64,000 bases of DNA, taken from NCBI GenBank assembly GCA_023954135.1, contig JAMLIN010000001.1, forward strand, positions 157,852-221,851, in the 5' to 3' direction. Position numbers and translations under genes: made by a program. This document shows positions 56,769-64,000 of the stretch, piece by piece; positions within the stretch are counted from its first letter, which is position 1, and each line of letters begins with the position of its first letter. The notes under the pieces were generated by a model, which was not told the DNA's origin, ran no database searches, and was given only the letters and a program-made list of their open reading frames with translations. This DNA comes from Burkholderiaceae bacterium (GTDB lineage: Bacteria > Pseudomonadota > Gammaproteobacteria > Burkholderiales > Burkholderiaceae_E).

Positions 56769-56965
56769 CTCATCCAGGTGCGTTCACAGGTTCTGGGATT
56801 TAAGCCGCTTTCCCGACTATTCCACAAGTCCGGCAGCGGCAGGGGCGATGTCGCCCCGGCCCGGATCACGGAGCCCCCCCCGGGGGGCCGCGGTCCCGGG
56901 GCCCGGGAAACGGCACGCGTATCATCAACGGCGACACGCTCATCCCGGAACCAGACCACAGCAAC

Positions 56966-59416
56966 ATGGCCTCCCTTTCCCCCTCACAACTGACCCACCG
57001 CGCCGATCCCGACAAGCTGCCCGGCGCCGACGCCCCGCAGGACGTGGGCACCGCGCCCGAAGTCGCGGATGCGGGCCCCGGACGGGCGCTCGTCGGCCAC
57101 GATCGGGCGCGCCGCGCCATCGACCTCGCGCTCGCGATCGATGCCGACGGCTACAACCTGTTCGTCACCGGCCCGGCCGGCAGCGGCCGGCGGCGCTTCG
57201 TCGAGGATGCGATCAGGCAGCGCGGCAAGCGCAGCGATCCGCTCGACTGGGTCTACGTCAACAACTTCGCGGCTCCAGCCCGCCCGCTCGCGATCGGGCT
57301 GCCGCCCTGCCGGGGCGCGGTGTTGCACGACGACATGCGCCAGCTCGTCGAGGAACTGAAGGCGACGATTCCGGCGGCCTTCGAGGCCGAGAGCTACGCG
57401 AACGAAGTCGAGCGCATCCAGTCGGAGTTCGCCGAGCGGCATGCCAGGGCGCTGACCGATCTGAACGAGGAAGCGCAGCGCGACGGCATCGGCCTCATCC
57501 AGACGCCGAACGGCTTCACCCTCGCGCCGGTCCACGACGGCGAGGTGCTCACCACCGAGGAATTCGCGAAGCTGCCCAAGGAACGCCAGCAGGAGCTCCA
57601 GGAGAAGCTCGCCGCGCTCCAGGAGCGGCTGCAGAAGATCGTGCGCGACGGCATACGGATGCGCAAGGAGCAGATCGAGCGGATTCGCAAGCTCAATCGC
57701 GACACCACCGTGATGGCGGTGGGCGGCGCGATCGAGGAGCTGATCGGGCGCCATCGGGACGTGCCGAAGGCGCGCGAATGGCTCGAGTCGGTCCGCGACG
57801 ACATCCTCGAGAATGCCGACGACTTCCTGCGGACCGAAAGACCCGGGGCCGATGCCGCGGCGCAATCGCCGCTGGCGGCACTGCCCGATCTCGGCCGCTA
57901 TGAAGTCAACCTGCTGCGCACCTGCGATGACGGCGGGGCGACAACACCGCTGGTGCGCACCCAGCATCCGACCCTCTCCAACCTGATCGGACGCATCGAG
58001 CATCGCGCGATGTTCGGCACCCTCGTGAGCGACTTCCGCCTGATCCGTCCCGGCGATCTGCATCGGGCCAATGGCGGCTATGTCCTGCTCGATGCGCAGA
58101 AGCTGATCGCCGAACCCTTCGCCTGGCCTGCGCTCAAGCGGGCGCTCGAGCGGCGCAGCGTGCGCATCGAATCGCCCATGGAAGTCGCCGGCGTGATCTC
58201 CGCTTCGCAGGTCGAGCCCGAACCGATCCCGCTCGATGTCAAGGTGGTGCTGTTCGGTGATCGCCACCTGTACTACCTGCTCGATGCCTACGATCCGGAC
58301 TTCCGGCGCCTCTTCAGGATCGTCGCCGATTTCGACGACGACCTGCCGCGCGACGATGCCCACCAGCGGGCGATCGCCGACTCCCTCGCAGCGGATGCGC
58401 GCGAGCGCGGCCTGCTGCCGCTGACGCGCGGCGCGCTCGCCCGCCTCATCGACGAAGGCGCGCGGCAGGCCGAGGACGCCAACCGGATCAGCGCCGAGCT
58501 GCGCCACCTCGGCGAAGTCGCTGTCGAGGCCGATGTCTATGCGCGGGCCGCCGGCCGGACACTCGTCGACGGCACCGACATCGTGCAGGCGATCGCGAGC
58601 CGACGCGATCGCGCCGCGCGTTCTGCCGAGGCCTACCGGCGCTCGATCATGGAGGGCACGCTCGCGATCGCGACTTCGGGCGAACGAGTCGGCCAGGTCA
58701 ACGGGCTTGCGGTCTACGACCTCGGCGGCCAGTTCTTCGGGCACCCGAGCCGGATCACCGCGACGGCCGCGCTCGGCGAAGGGCGTCTCCTCGACATCCA
58801 GCGCGAGACCGATCTCGGCGGCTCCATCCACAGCAAGGGCATGCTGATCCTCGGCTCCTTCCTCAATGCCCGCTATTCGGCGCGCGACCTGATGGCACTG
58901 TCGGCGAGCATCGTCTTCGAGCAGAGCTATGGTCCGGTCGACGGCGACAGCGCCACGATCGCCGAGACCTGCGCGTTGCTCTCGGCGATCGCCGATGTGC
59001 CGCTGCGCCAGTCGCTGGCGATCACCGGATCGATGAACCAGTTCGGTGACGTGCAGGCCATCGGGGGGGTCAACGAGAAGATCGAGGGCTTCTTCGAGGT
59101 CTGCCGCGATCGCGGCCTGGACGGCACGCAGGGCGTGATCATCCCGCAGGCGAACGTGCGCCACCTGATGCTCAACGACGAGGTCGTCGCGGCGGTCGCC
59201 GCCGGCAGATTCGCGGTCCATGCGATATCGCATGTCGATGAAGCGATCGAGCTGCTCTCGGGCATGCCGGCGGGCGAGCCGATCGCCGGCATGGCCGAAC
59301 GCCACTTCAACGCGCGGGTGGTCGCGCGACTGCACGCCATGTCGGCACTGCGTCGGGGAATGCGCCCCGGAATGCCGATGCGGCATCGCCACCCCGCGGG
59401 AGGCAGGAATGACTGA
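56966..59416 (+). CDS. Lon-like (LonC/AAA_32-type) serine protease with degenerate ATPase motifs
   Basis: C-terminal Lon protease domain with the Ser-Lys dyad (GDSAT, Ser codon at 58949-58951; GGVNEKIEG, Lys codon at 59078-59080). Long coiled-coil insertion (residues ~125-300). The P-loop reads GPAGSGRR (57170-57193) and the Walker B-like motif reads VLLDA (Asp-Ala at 58091-58096). Confidence 0.8.
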   Translation: MASLSPSQLTHRADPDKLPGADAPQDVGTAPEVADAGPGRALVGHDRARRAIDLALAIDADGYNLFVTGPAGSGRRRFVEDAIRQRGKRSDPLDWVYVNNFAAPARPLAIGLPPCRGAVLHDDMRQLVEELKATIPAAFEAESYANEVERIQSEFAERHARALTDLNEEAQRDGIGLIQTPNGFTLAPVHDGEVLTTEEFAKLPKERQQELQEKLAALQERLQKIVRDGIRMRKEQIERIRKLNRDTTVMAVGGAIEELIGRHRDVPKAREWLESVRDDILENADDFLRTERPGADAAAQSPLAALPDLGRYEVNLLRTCDDGGATTPLVRTQHPTLSNLIGRIEHRAMFGTLVSDFRLIRPGDLHRANGGYVLLDAQKLIAEPFAWPALKRALERRSVRIESPMEVAGVISASQVEPEPIPLDVKVVLFGDRHLYYLLDAYDPDFRRLFRIVADFDDDLPRDDAHQRAIADSLAADARERGLLPLTRGALARLIDEGARQAEDANRISAELRHLGEVAVEADVYARAAGRTLVDGTDIVQAIASRRDRAARSAEAYRRSIMEGTLAIATSGERVGQVNGLAVYDLGGQFFGHPSRITATAALGEGRLLDIQRETDLGGSIHSKGMLILGSFLNARYSARDLMALSASIVFEQSYGPVDGDSATIAETCALLSAIADVPLRQSLAITGSMNQFGDVQAIGGVNEKIEGFFEVCRDRGLDGTQGVIIPQANVRHLMLNDEVVAAVAAGRFAVHAISHVDEAIELLSGMPAGEPIAGMAERHFNARVVARLHAMSALRRGMRPGMPMRHRHPAGGRND

Positions 59417-60176
59417 ATCGCACGGCGTCGCTTCGCCCGGGCGAAGACGCATCCTCGTCGCGATCGATCCGGCGCGGGTGCGCGCCGCGCCGATCGCCGC
59501 GGCGGCGCTGCTCGCGCGCGAGCTCGACATGGAGCTCACGGCGATCCTCATCGAGGAGCAGTCCTGGCTGCGCGTCGCCGCCCTGCCCTTCGCGCGCGAG
59601 CTCCAGCTTGCCTCGGGGCAATGGCAGCCGTTCGATGCCGGCGGCGTCGAACGGCTGTTCCGGGAGCAGATGCGCCGCGCCGAGTCGATGCTCGCCCGGG
59701 TCTGCGCCGAGCGCCAGACGCGCTTCACGGTCACCGTCGAGCGCGGCACCTACCCGCGACGGGCGATCGAATCGGCGAGCGCCGCCGACTGGCTGGTGCT
59801 CGATCGCGGCGGTGCCGGGAATACAGAGCCCAACGGCTACCGGCGCATCGCCGCCGCATTCGATGGTTCGCCGGCGGCCGACCGAGCCCTCGCCGCCGCC
59901 GCGGCCATCGCGCGCGACGGCCGCAAGCCCCTGCGCGTGCTCCTGCTTGCGCAGGACCCCGCCCGCTTTCCGGCCTTGCGGGAACGGGCGAGGACGATCG
60001 TCGGCGAGGGTCTCGCCCCCGAGTTCGGGCGGGCGTCCGACGGAGCGCCCGCGGCGATCCTGGCCCGCCTTGCCGACGGCGGCAGGGCGCTGCTCGTAAT
60101 CGGGCCCGGCCTCGCCGAGCCGGCCGCGATCGCGCAGCCCGCCCTGTCCGGCTGCGCGGTCCTGCTGGCCCGATAG
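59409..60176 (+). CDS. hypothetical protein, possibly tandem Usp-like (alpha/beta) fold
   Basis: The ATG at 59409 overlaps the Lon-like stop by 8 nt (ATGACTGA). Two repeats begin RILVAID... and RIAAAFDGSPAADRAL..., resembling Usp-domain beginnings. I see no ATP-binding Gly motif. Confidence 0.5.
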   Translation: MTESHGVASPGRRRILVAIDPARVRAAPIAAAALLARELDMELTAILIEEQSWLRVAALPFARELQLASGQWQPFDAGGVERLFREQMRRAESMLARVCAERQTRFTVTVERGTYPRRAIESASAADWLVLDRGGAGNTEPNGYRRIAAAFDGSPAADRALAAAAAIARDGRKPLRVLLLAQDPARFPALRERARTIVGEGLAPEFGRASDGAPAAILARLADGGRALLVIGPGLAEPAAIAQPALSGCAVLLAR

Positions 60177-60188
60177 GGCGTACCCGCC

Positions 60189-61274
60189 ATGAAGGAGCAA
60201 CTGGCCCGCCTCGCGCAACGATGCCGCGAGGCGCTGCGCGGCGTCGGCGAGCGCGCGGCGCGCTGGTGGCGTCGCTGGCGAGGGCGCGACCGGATTCTGC
60301 AGCCGGGCCGGACCCTGCGGCTCGATGCTTCGGCCTTCGGCGGCCGGCTGAGCGCCTGGCCGCTGCTGCCGCCACGTCGCTCCTTCGAGCTCTACCTTCC
60401 CGCGGGCGCCGCTGCCGACACCGCGATACCCCTGCTCGTCTGGATCCACGGCTGCCGGCAGGACGCCGTCGGCTTCGCCGCCGGCACCCGGATCCGCAGG
60501 CATGCCGATGAGCGCGGGATCGCGGTGCTGATGCCCGACCAGACGCGGCTGGCCAACCCGATGCGCTGCTGGAACTGGTTCGACCCGGCCACCGCCGACG
60601 GTCGTGGCGAAGCCGCGATCGTGCTCGCCCAGGTCGAGCAGGTCCGCGCGCTGCAGGCGATCGACCCGCGCCGGATCTGGATCGCCGGCCTGTCGTCCGG
60701 TGCGGCCCTGGCCGCCGCCGTCGCGATCCATTCGCCGCAGCGATTCGGGGCGCTCGCCTGTCATTCGGGCCTGCCCGCCGGCGCCGCGCGCAATGTGCGC
60801 GAGGCGCGCAAGGCGATGGCCGAGGGCACGCGCCGCGACGTCGCCGCGATCGGGGCGGCTGCCCGTGCCCGCGCCGGTGAAGTCCACCTGCCGATGCTGG
60901 TGATCCAGGGCATGGACGACGCCACGGTGGCCCCCGCCAACGCCGATGCGCTGGTCGCGCAGGCGCTCGCCGTCAACGGCGCGGCCGCCACCGGGGCGAC
61001 GCCGCCGAAGCCCGACGCCGAACGCCGGCACCGCTTCGAATCGCGCACCGTGCACGAAGCGGACTGGCTCGTCGAGGGCCGGCTCGCGGCCCGCTGCCTG
61101 CGCATCGACGGGCTCGGCCACGCCTGGAGCGGCGGCGATGCGGCCCACGACTACTTCGATGCAGCGCTGCCCGAGGCGACTGCGCTTATCCTCGACTTCT
61201 TCGCCGACCAGGGCCGGCGCCAGGCCGGCAGGCCGCCGGATATTTCCCCGAAAGGAACGGGCAATGGACACTGA
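60189..61274 (+). CDS. PHB-depolymerase-family esterase (LpqC-like alpha/beta hydrolase)
   Basis: PLLVWIHGCRQ, CWNWF and the nucleophile elbow GLSSGAALA are typical of the 'esterase, PHB depolymerase family'. Confidence 0.7.
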   Translation: MKEQLARLAQRCREALRGVGERAARWWRRWRGRDRILQPGRTLRLDASAFGGRLSAWPLLPPRRSFELYLPAGAAADTAIPLLVWIHGCRQDAVGFAAGTRIRRHADERGIAVLMPDQTRLANPMRCWNWFDPATADGRGEAAIVLAQVEQVRALQAIDPRRIWIAGLSSGAALAAAVAIHSPQRFGALACHSGLPAGAARNVREARKAMAEGTRRDVAAIGAAARARAGEVHLPMLVIQGMDDATVAPANADALVAQALAVNGAAATGATPPKPDAERRHRFESRTVHEADWLVEGRLAARCLRIDGLGHAWSGGDAAHDYFDAALPEATALILDFFADQGRRQAGRPPDISPKGTGNGH

Positions 61275-62697
61275 GGGTTTCAGGCAATGGTCGCACCGTG
61301 CCGCCGACTGGGCGGCGGACTACCGGGCCGGGCTTCGCGAGCGGCCGGTGCGTTCCCCCCTGCGCCCGGGCGAGATCGCGGCCCGGATCGCACAGGTCCC
61401 GCCGGAGCAGGGCGAGCCCTTCGAGCGGATCTTCGCGGACTTCGAGGCCATCGTACCGCCGGGAATGACCCACTGGCAGCATCCGCGCTTCTTCGCCTAC
61501 TTCCCGTCGAATGCCGCGCCGCCGGCGGTGATCGCGGAGCAGCTCGCGGCGGCGATGTCGGCCCAGGGCATGCTCTGGCAGACATCGCCCGCCATGACCG
61601 AGCTCGAGCAGTGCATGGTCGACTGGCTGCGCCAGGCGGTCGGCTTGCCGGCGGATTTCAGCGGCGTGCTCCAGGACACCGCCTCGACCACCACACTCTG
61701 CGCGGTGTTGACGATGCGCGAGACGGCCCTTGCCTGGAGCGGCAACCGTGACGGTCTCGTCGCTCATCCCCAGGTGCGGATCTACACCTCGACGCATGCG
61801 CACAGCTCGGTGGAGAAGGCATGCTGGATCGCCGGCATCGGCGCCGACAACCTCGTGAGGATCCCGACGCGGGCCGGCGATCCCCGGATGGGCATCGACC
61901 CGCAGGCCCTCGAAGCCGCGATCGCGACCGATCGCCGCGCCGGCCTGCTGCCGGCCGGCATCGTGGGCTGCGTCGGCGCCACGTCGGTCGGGGCGAGCGA
62001 CCCCCTGCGCGAGCTCGGCGAGATCGCGCGGCGCCAGGATCTCTACCTGCACGTCGATGCCGCCTGGGCGGGCTCGGCCATGATCTGCCCCGAGTTCCGC
62101 GAACTCTGGGAAGGCATCGAGACGGCCGACAGCATCGTCTTCAATCCCCACAAGTGGCTCGGGGTGCCGATGGAATGCTCGGCGCATTTCGTTCGCGACC
62201 CCGCTACCCTCGTCCGGACGCTCGCGATCCAGCCGGAGTATCTCAAGACCCATGGCCGCGACGGCATCGTCAACTTCAGCGAGTGGTCGGTGCAGCTCGG
62301 GCGGCGCTTCCGGGCACTCAAGCTGTGGTTCCTCATCCGCGCCTACGGGCTCGACGGCCTGCGCGCGCGCATCCGGGATCATGTCGCCTGGGCCGCGGAG
62401 CTCGCCGACACGATCGCCGCCGAACCCGACTTCGAGCTCGCGAGCGCGCCGGTGCTGTCGCTGTTCAGCTTCCGGTACCGGCCGCCGGACTTGTCCTCGC
62501 CGGAGGCACTCGATGCGTTGAACCAGCAGCTGCTCGACGCGGTCAACGATGAAGGCACCACCTACCTGACCACGACCCGCCTCGACGGCAGGCTGGTGAT
62601 CCGCTTCCAGATCGGCCCCTTCGACACCACCCGCGAGGATGTCGACTGCGCCTGGCAGGCGGTTGCCCGGATCGCCAGAACGCTCGAATCCGCATAA
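61264..62697 (+). CDS. group II pyridoxal-dependent (aromatic-L-amino-acid-type) decarboxylase
   Basis: The ATG at 61264 overlaps the esterase stop by 11 nt. HWQHPRFFAYFPS, DTASTTTL, HVDAAWAG, and the PLP-lysine motif FNPHKWLGVP. Confidence 0.85.
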   Translation: MDTEGFRQWSHRAADWAADYRAGLRERPVRSPLRPGEIAARIAQVPPEQGEPFERIFADFEAIVPPGMTHWQHPRFFAYFPSNAAPPAVIAEQLAAAMSAQGMLWQTSPAMTELEQCMVDWLRQAVGLPADFSGVLQDTASTTTLCAVLTMRETALAWSGNRDGLVAHPQVRIYTSTHAHSSVEKACWIAGIGADNLVRIPTRAGDPRMGIDPQALEAAIATDRRAGLLPAGIVGCVGATSVGASDPLRELGEIARRQDLYLHVDAAWAGSAMICPEFRELWEGIETADSIVFNPHKWLGVPMECSAHFVRDPATLVRTLAIQPEYLKTHGRDGIVNFSEWSVQLGRRFRALKLWFLIRAYGLDGLRARIRDHVAWAAELADTIAAEPDFELASAPVLSLFSFRYRPPDLSSPEALDALNQQLLDAVNDEGTTYLTTTRLDGRLVIRFQIGPFDTTREDVDCAWQAVARIARTLESA

Positions 62698-62748
62698 TGC
62701 GCAGGACGAGACCATGTCCCGCCGATGCTCCTGACGAGGCCCCGCCCG

Positions 62749-63291
62749 ATGAACCCACGTTCCCGCCGCCATTCCTCTCCCCCGGCCCTTCGGTCGCTGC
62801 TCGGCCGCCTGCTGCTGCCCGCCCTGGTGGCCGCGGCGATCGCCCTGCCCGGCACGGCCGCCGCGGCCAATGCCGATACCGGGGCCTGCAGTTTCCAGGA
62901 GATGCGCAACTGCGCGAGCTGCGCCGAGCTTTCCGCGGCGCTCGAAGGCGTCCCGCCTCATGACGGCCGCTACGAGGACAACATCAAGTGGACGCCGCTG
63001 TTCGGCGCCTTCCTCAAGAACTGCCAGCGTCTCGCCCTGCACCTGATCGAGGAGCGCAACGCCGATCCGTCCCTCGGCGGGCGCTACGGCTCGATGCTGA
63101 TCACCGTCTCGACCTACTGGGAGAATCGCAATCCGCGCGTCAGCGCCCAGTGGGCGCGCATGCTCAAGCGCTTCGGGGCCGACGCCGACACCGTGCATCC
63201 GGACACCGGCAAGTCATCGCGGCAGCTGGTCACGGAAGGCGTCGTGAAGATCGACTATCCGGAGATCTGGCTCGAGTTCGCGGCCGATTGA
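62749..63291 (+). CDS. secreted hypothetical protein with N-terminal Cys cluster
   Basis: Signal-peptide-like LLGRLLLPALVAAAIALPGTAAAA, then C-x7-C-x2-C (CSFQEMRNCASC). I recognise no family. The start is 62725 or 62749. Confidence 0.45.
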   Translation: MNPRSRRHSSPPALRSLLGRLLLPALVAAAIALPGTAAAANADTGACSFQEMRNCASCAELSAALEGVPPHDGRYEDNIKWTPLFGAFLKNCQRLALHLIEERNADPSLGGRYGSMLITVSTYWENRNPRVSAQWARMLKRFGADADTVHPDTGKSSRQLVTEGVVKIDYPEIWLEFAAD

Positions 63292-63347
63292 GGATCGAGG
63301 TGGAGAGAAACCCGACTGATCCGGCCATCGGCCGGATCGAAGCCGAC

Positions 63348-64000
63348 ATGGCCGGATACTGGGCCGGCCGGCGCTTGCCGGCCACTCGTCTCGAATCGCA
63401 CCATGGCGATCGCGTGGTGCGCTGCTTCGCCGAACGCCCGGCGAGCGTCTGGGCGATGTTCGCGGCGGCGCTGGCCAGCCGACCCCAGGCGCAGGCACTC
63501 GTCGCGGGCGATTCGCGCTGGACCTACGCCGAGGCCGCGCAGCGGATCGGCGCCGTCGCCGCCGGCCTCGCCGGACGCGGCATCGGCTCCGGTGATCGCG
63601 TCGCCCTGCTGCTGTCGAACCGGGCCGAGTTCTATTTCGCCTGGTTCGCCTGCCAGCGCCTCGGCGCGATCGCGGTGCCGATCGGCACCCGCGAGCAGCG
63701 GGCCGGCGTCGACTATGTGCTCGGCCAGTGCGATGCCGCCGCGATCATCCACGATGATGCCCTTGCGGCGCAGGTACCCGTGCGTCCCGGCGTCCTGCGC
63801 GTCGGCTGCCCGAGCCCGGGCACGGCGCCGGCCGCAGGTACGATCCCCATCGGGGCGCTCTCGACAGGCTCCGCCACGGCGCCCGCGCCAGCAGAAGTCG
63901 ACGAGGAGGACACCGCCACCCTGCTCTACACCTCGGGCACGACCGGCAAGCCCAAGGGCGCGATGCTCACCCACCTCGGGATCATCCACTCGGCGATGAA
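63348..64000 (+). CDS. AMP-dependent acyl-CoA synthetase/ligase, N-terminal fragment (3' end outside window)
   Basis: This frame is not in the ORF track because it runs off the window. The translation ends ...TATLLYTSGTTGKPKGAMLTHLGIIHSAM, the canonical AMP-binding motif. An alternative GTG start is at 63300. Confidence 0.8.
   Translation, partial: MAGYWAGRRLPATRLESHHGDRVVRCFAERPASVWAMFAAALASRPQAQALVAGDSRWTYAEAAQRIGAVAAGLAGRGIGSGDRVALLLSNRAEFYFAWFACQRLGAIAVPIGTREQRAGVDYVLGQCDAAAIIHDDALAAQVPVRPGVLRVGCPSPGTAPAAGTIPIGALSTGSATAPAPAEVDEEDTATLLYTSGTTGKPKGAMLTHLGIIHSAM

Noticed and set aside
56984-59749. 921-aa minus-strand ORF opposite the Lon-like gene.
   Set aside because: It is a shadow ORF of a gene with an unambiguous Lon protease domain on the plus strand. 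Its composition is dominated by R/A/G/D with no motifs.
63255-63989. 244-aa minus-strand ORF at the window end, together with the 198-aa plus-strand ORF at 63403-63999.
   Set aside because: A third frame, on the plus strand and open to the window edge, encodes the textbook AMP-binding motif LYTSGTTGKPKGAMLTH. The listed ORFs are shadow frames.

Overview
This is a 64-kb window from a high-GC (roughly two-thirds G+C by eye) proteobacterial chromosome. It holds about 60 tightly packed protein-coding genes. I could not recognise any rRNA, tRNA, CRISPR array, transposase, integrase or phage gene. Most of the window is acyl-CoA catabolism: a beta-oxidation-like cluster at 7.2-16.3 kb with enoyl-CoA hydratases, SDRs, an SCPx-type thiolase, a family III CoA-transferase, an acyl-CoA synthetase and an alpha/beta hydrolase. 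There are two diverged copies of a Liv-type ABC importer with an AMP-dependent acyl-CoA synthetase embedded in the operon (16.3-23.1 kb and 35.7-42.6 kb). Further genes are TetR/MarR/GntR regulators, two acyl-CoA dehydrogenases, a BadI/MenB-like crotonase and a FadH-type 2,4-dienoyl-CoA reductase. Housekeeping and accessory genes include glpK and glpD, tag, an AapJQMP-type amino-acid ABC transporter, an MltB-type lytic transglycosylase and a CpxP/Spy-like periplasmic protein. Two regions look least ordinary. First, a 4.4-kb two-gene insert lies between glpK and glpD. It encodes a 902-aa patatin/cPLA2-like lipase whose catalytic motifs are split by a large polytopic membrane insertion, convergent with and overlapping the 3' end of a 6-TM class III adenylate cyclase. 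Second, a same-strand, partly overlapping gene string runs from 57.0 kb to the window end. It starts with a Lon-like protease whose Walker A and B motifs are degenerate, followed by a coupled Usp-fold-like ORF, a PHB-depolymerase-family esterase, a group II PLP decarboxylase, a small Cys-containing secreted protein and an AMP-ligase. All functional calls come from reading the translations against motifs I remember; no searches were run. The ORF track translates GTG and TTG starts as M, and several listed ORFs carry spurious N-terminal extensions that I trimmed to starts with plausible ribosome-binding sites.
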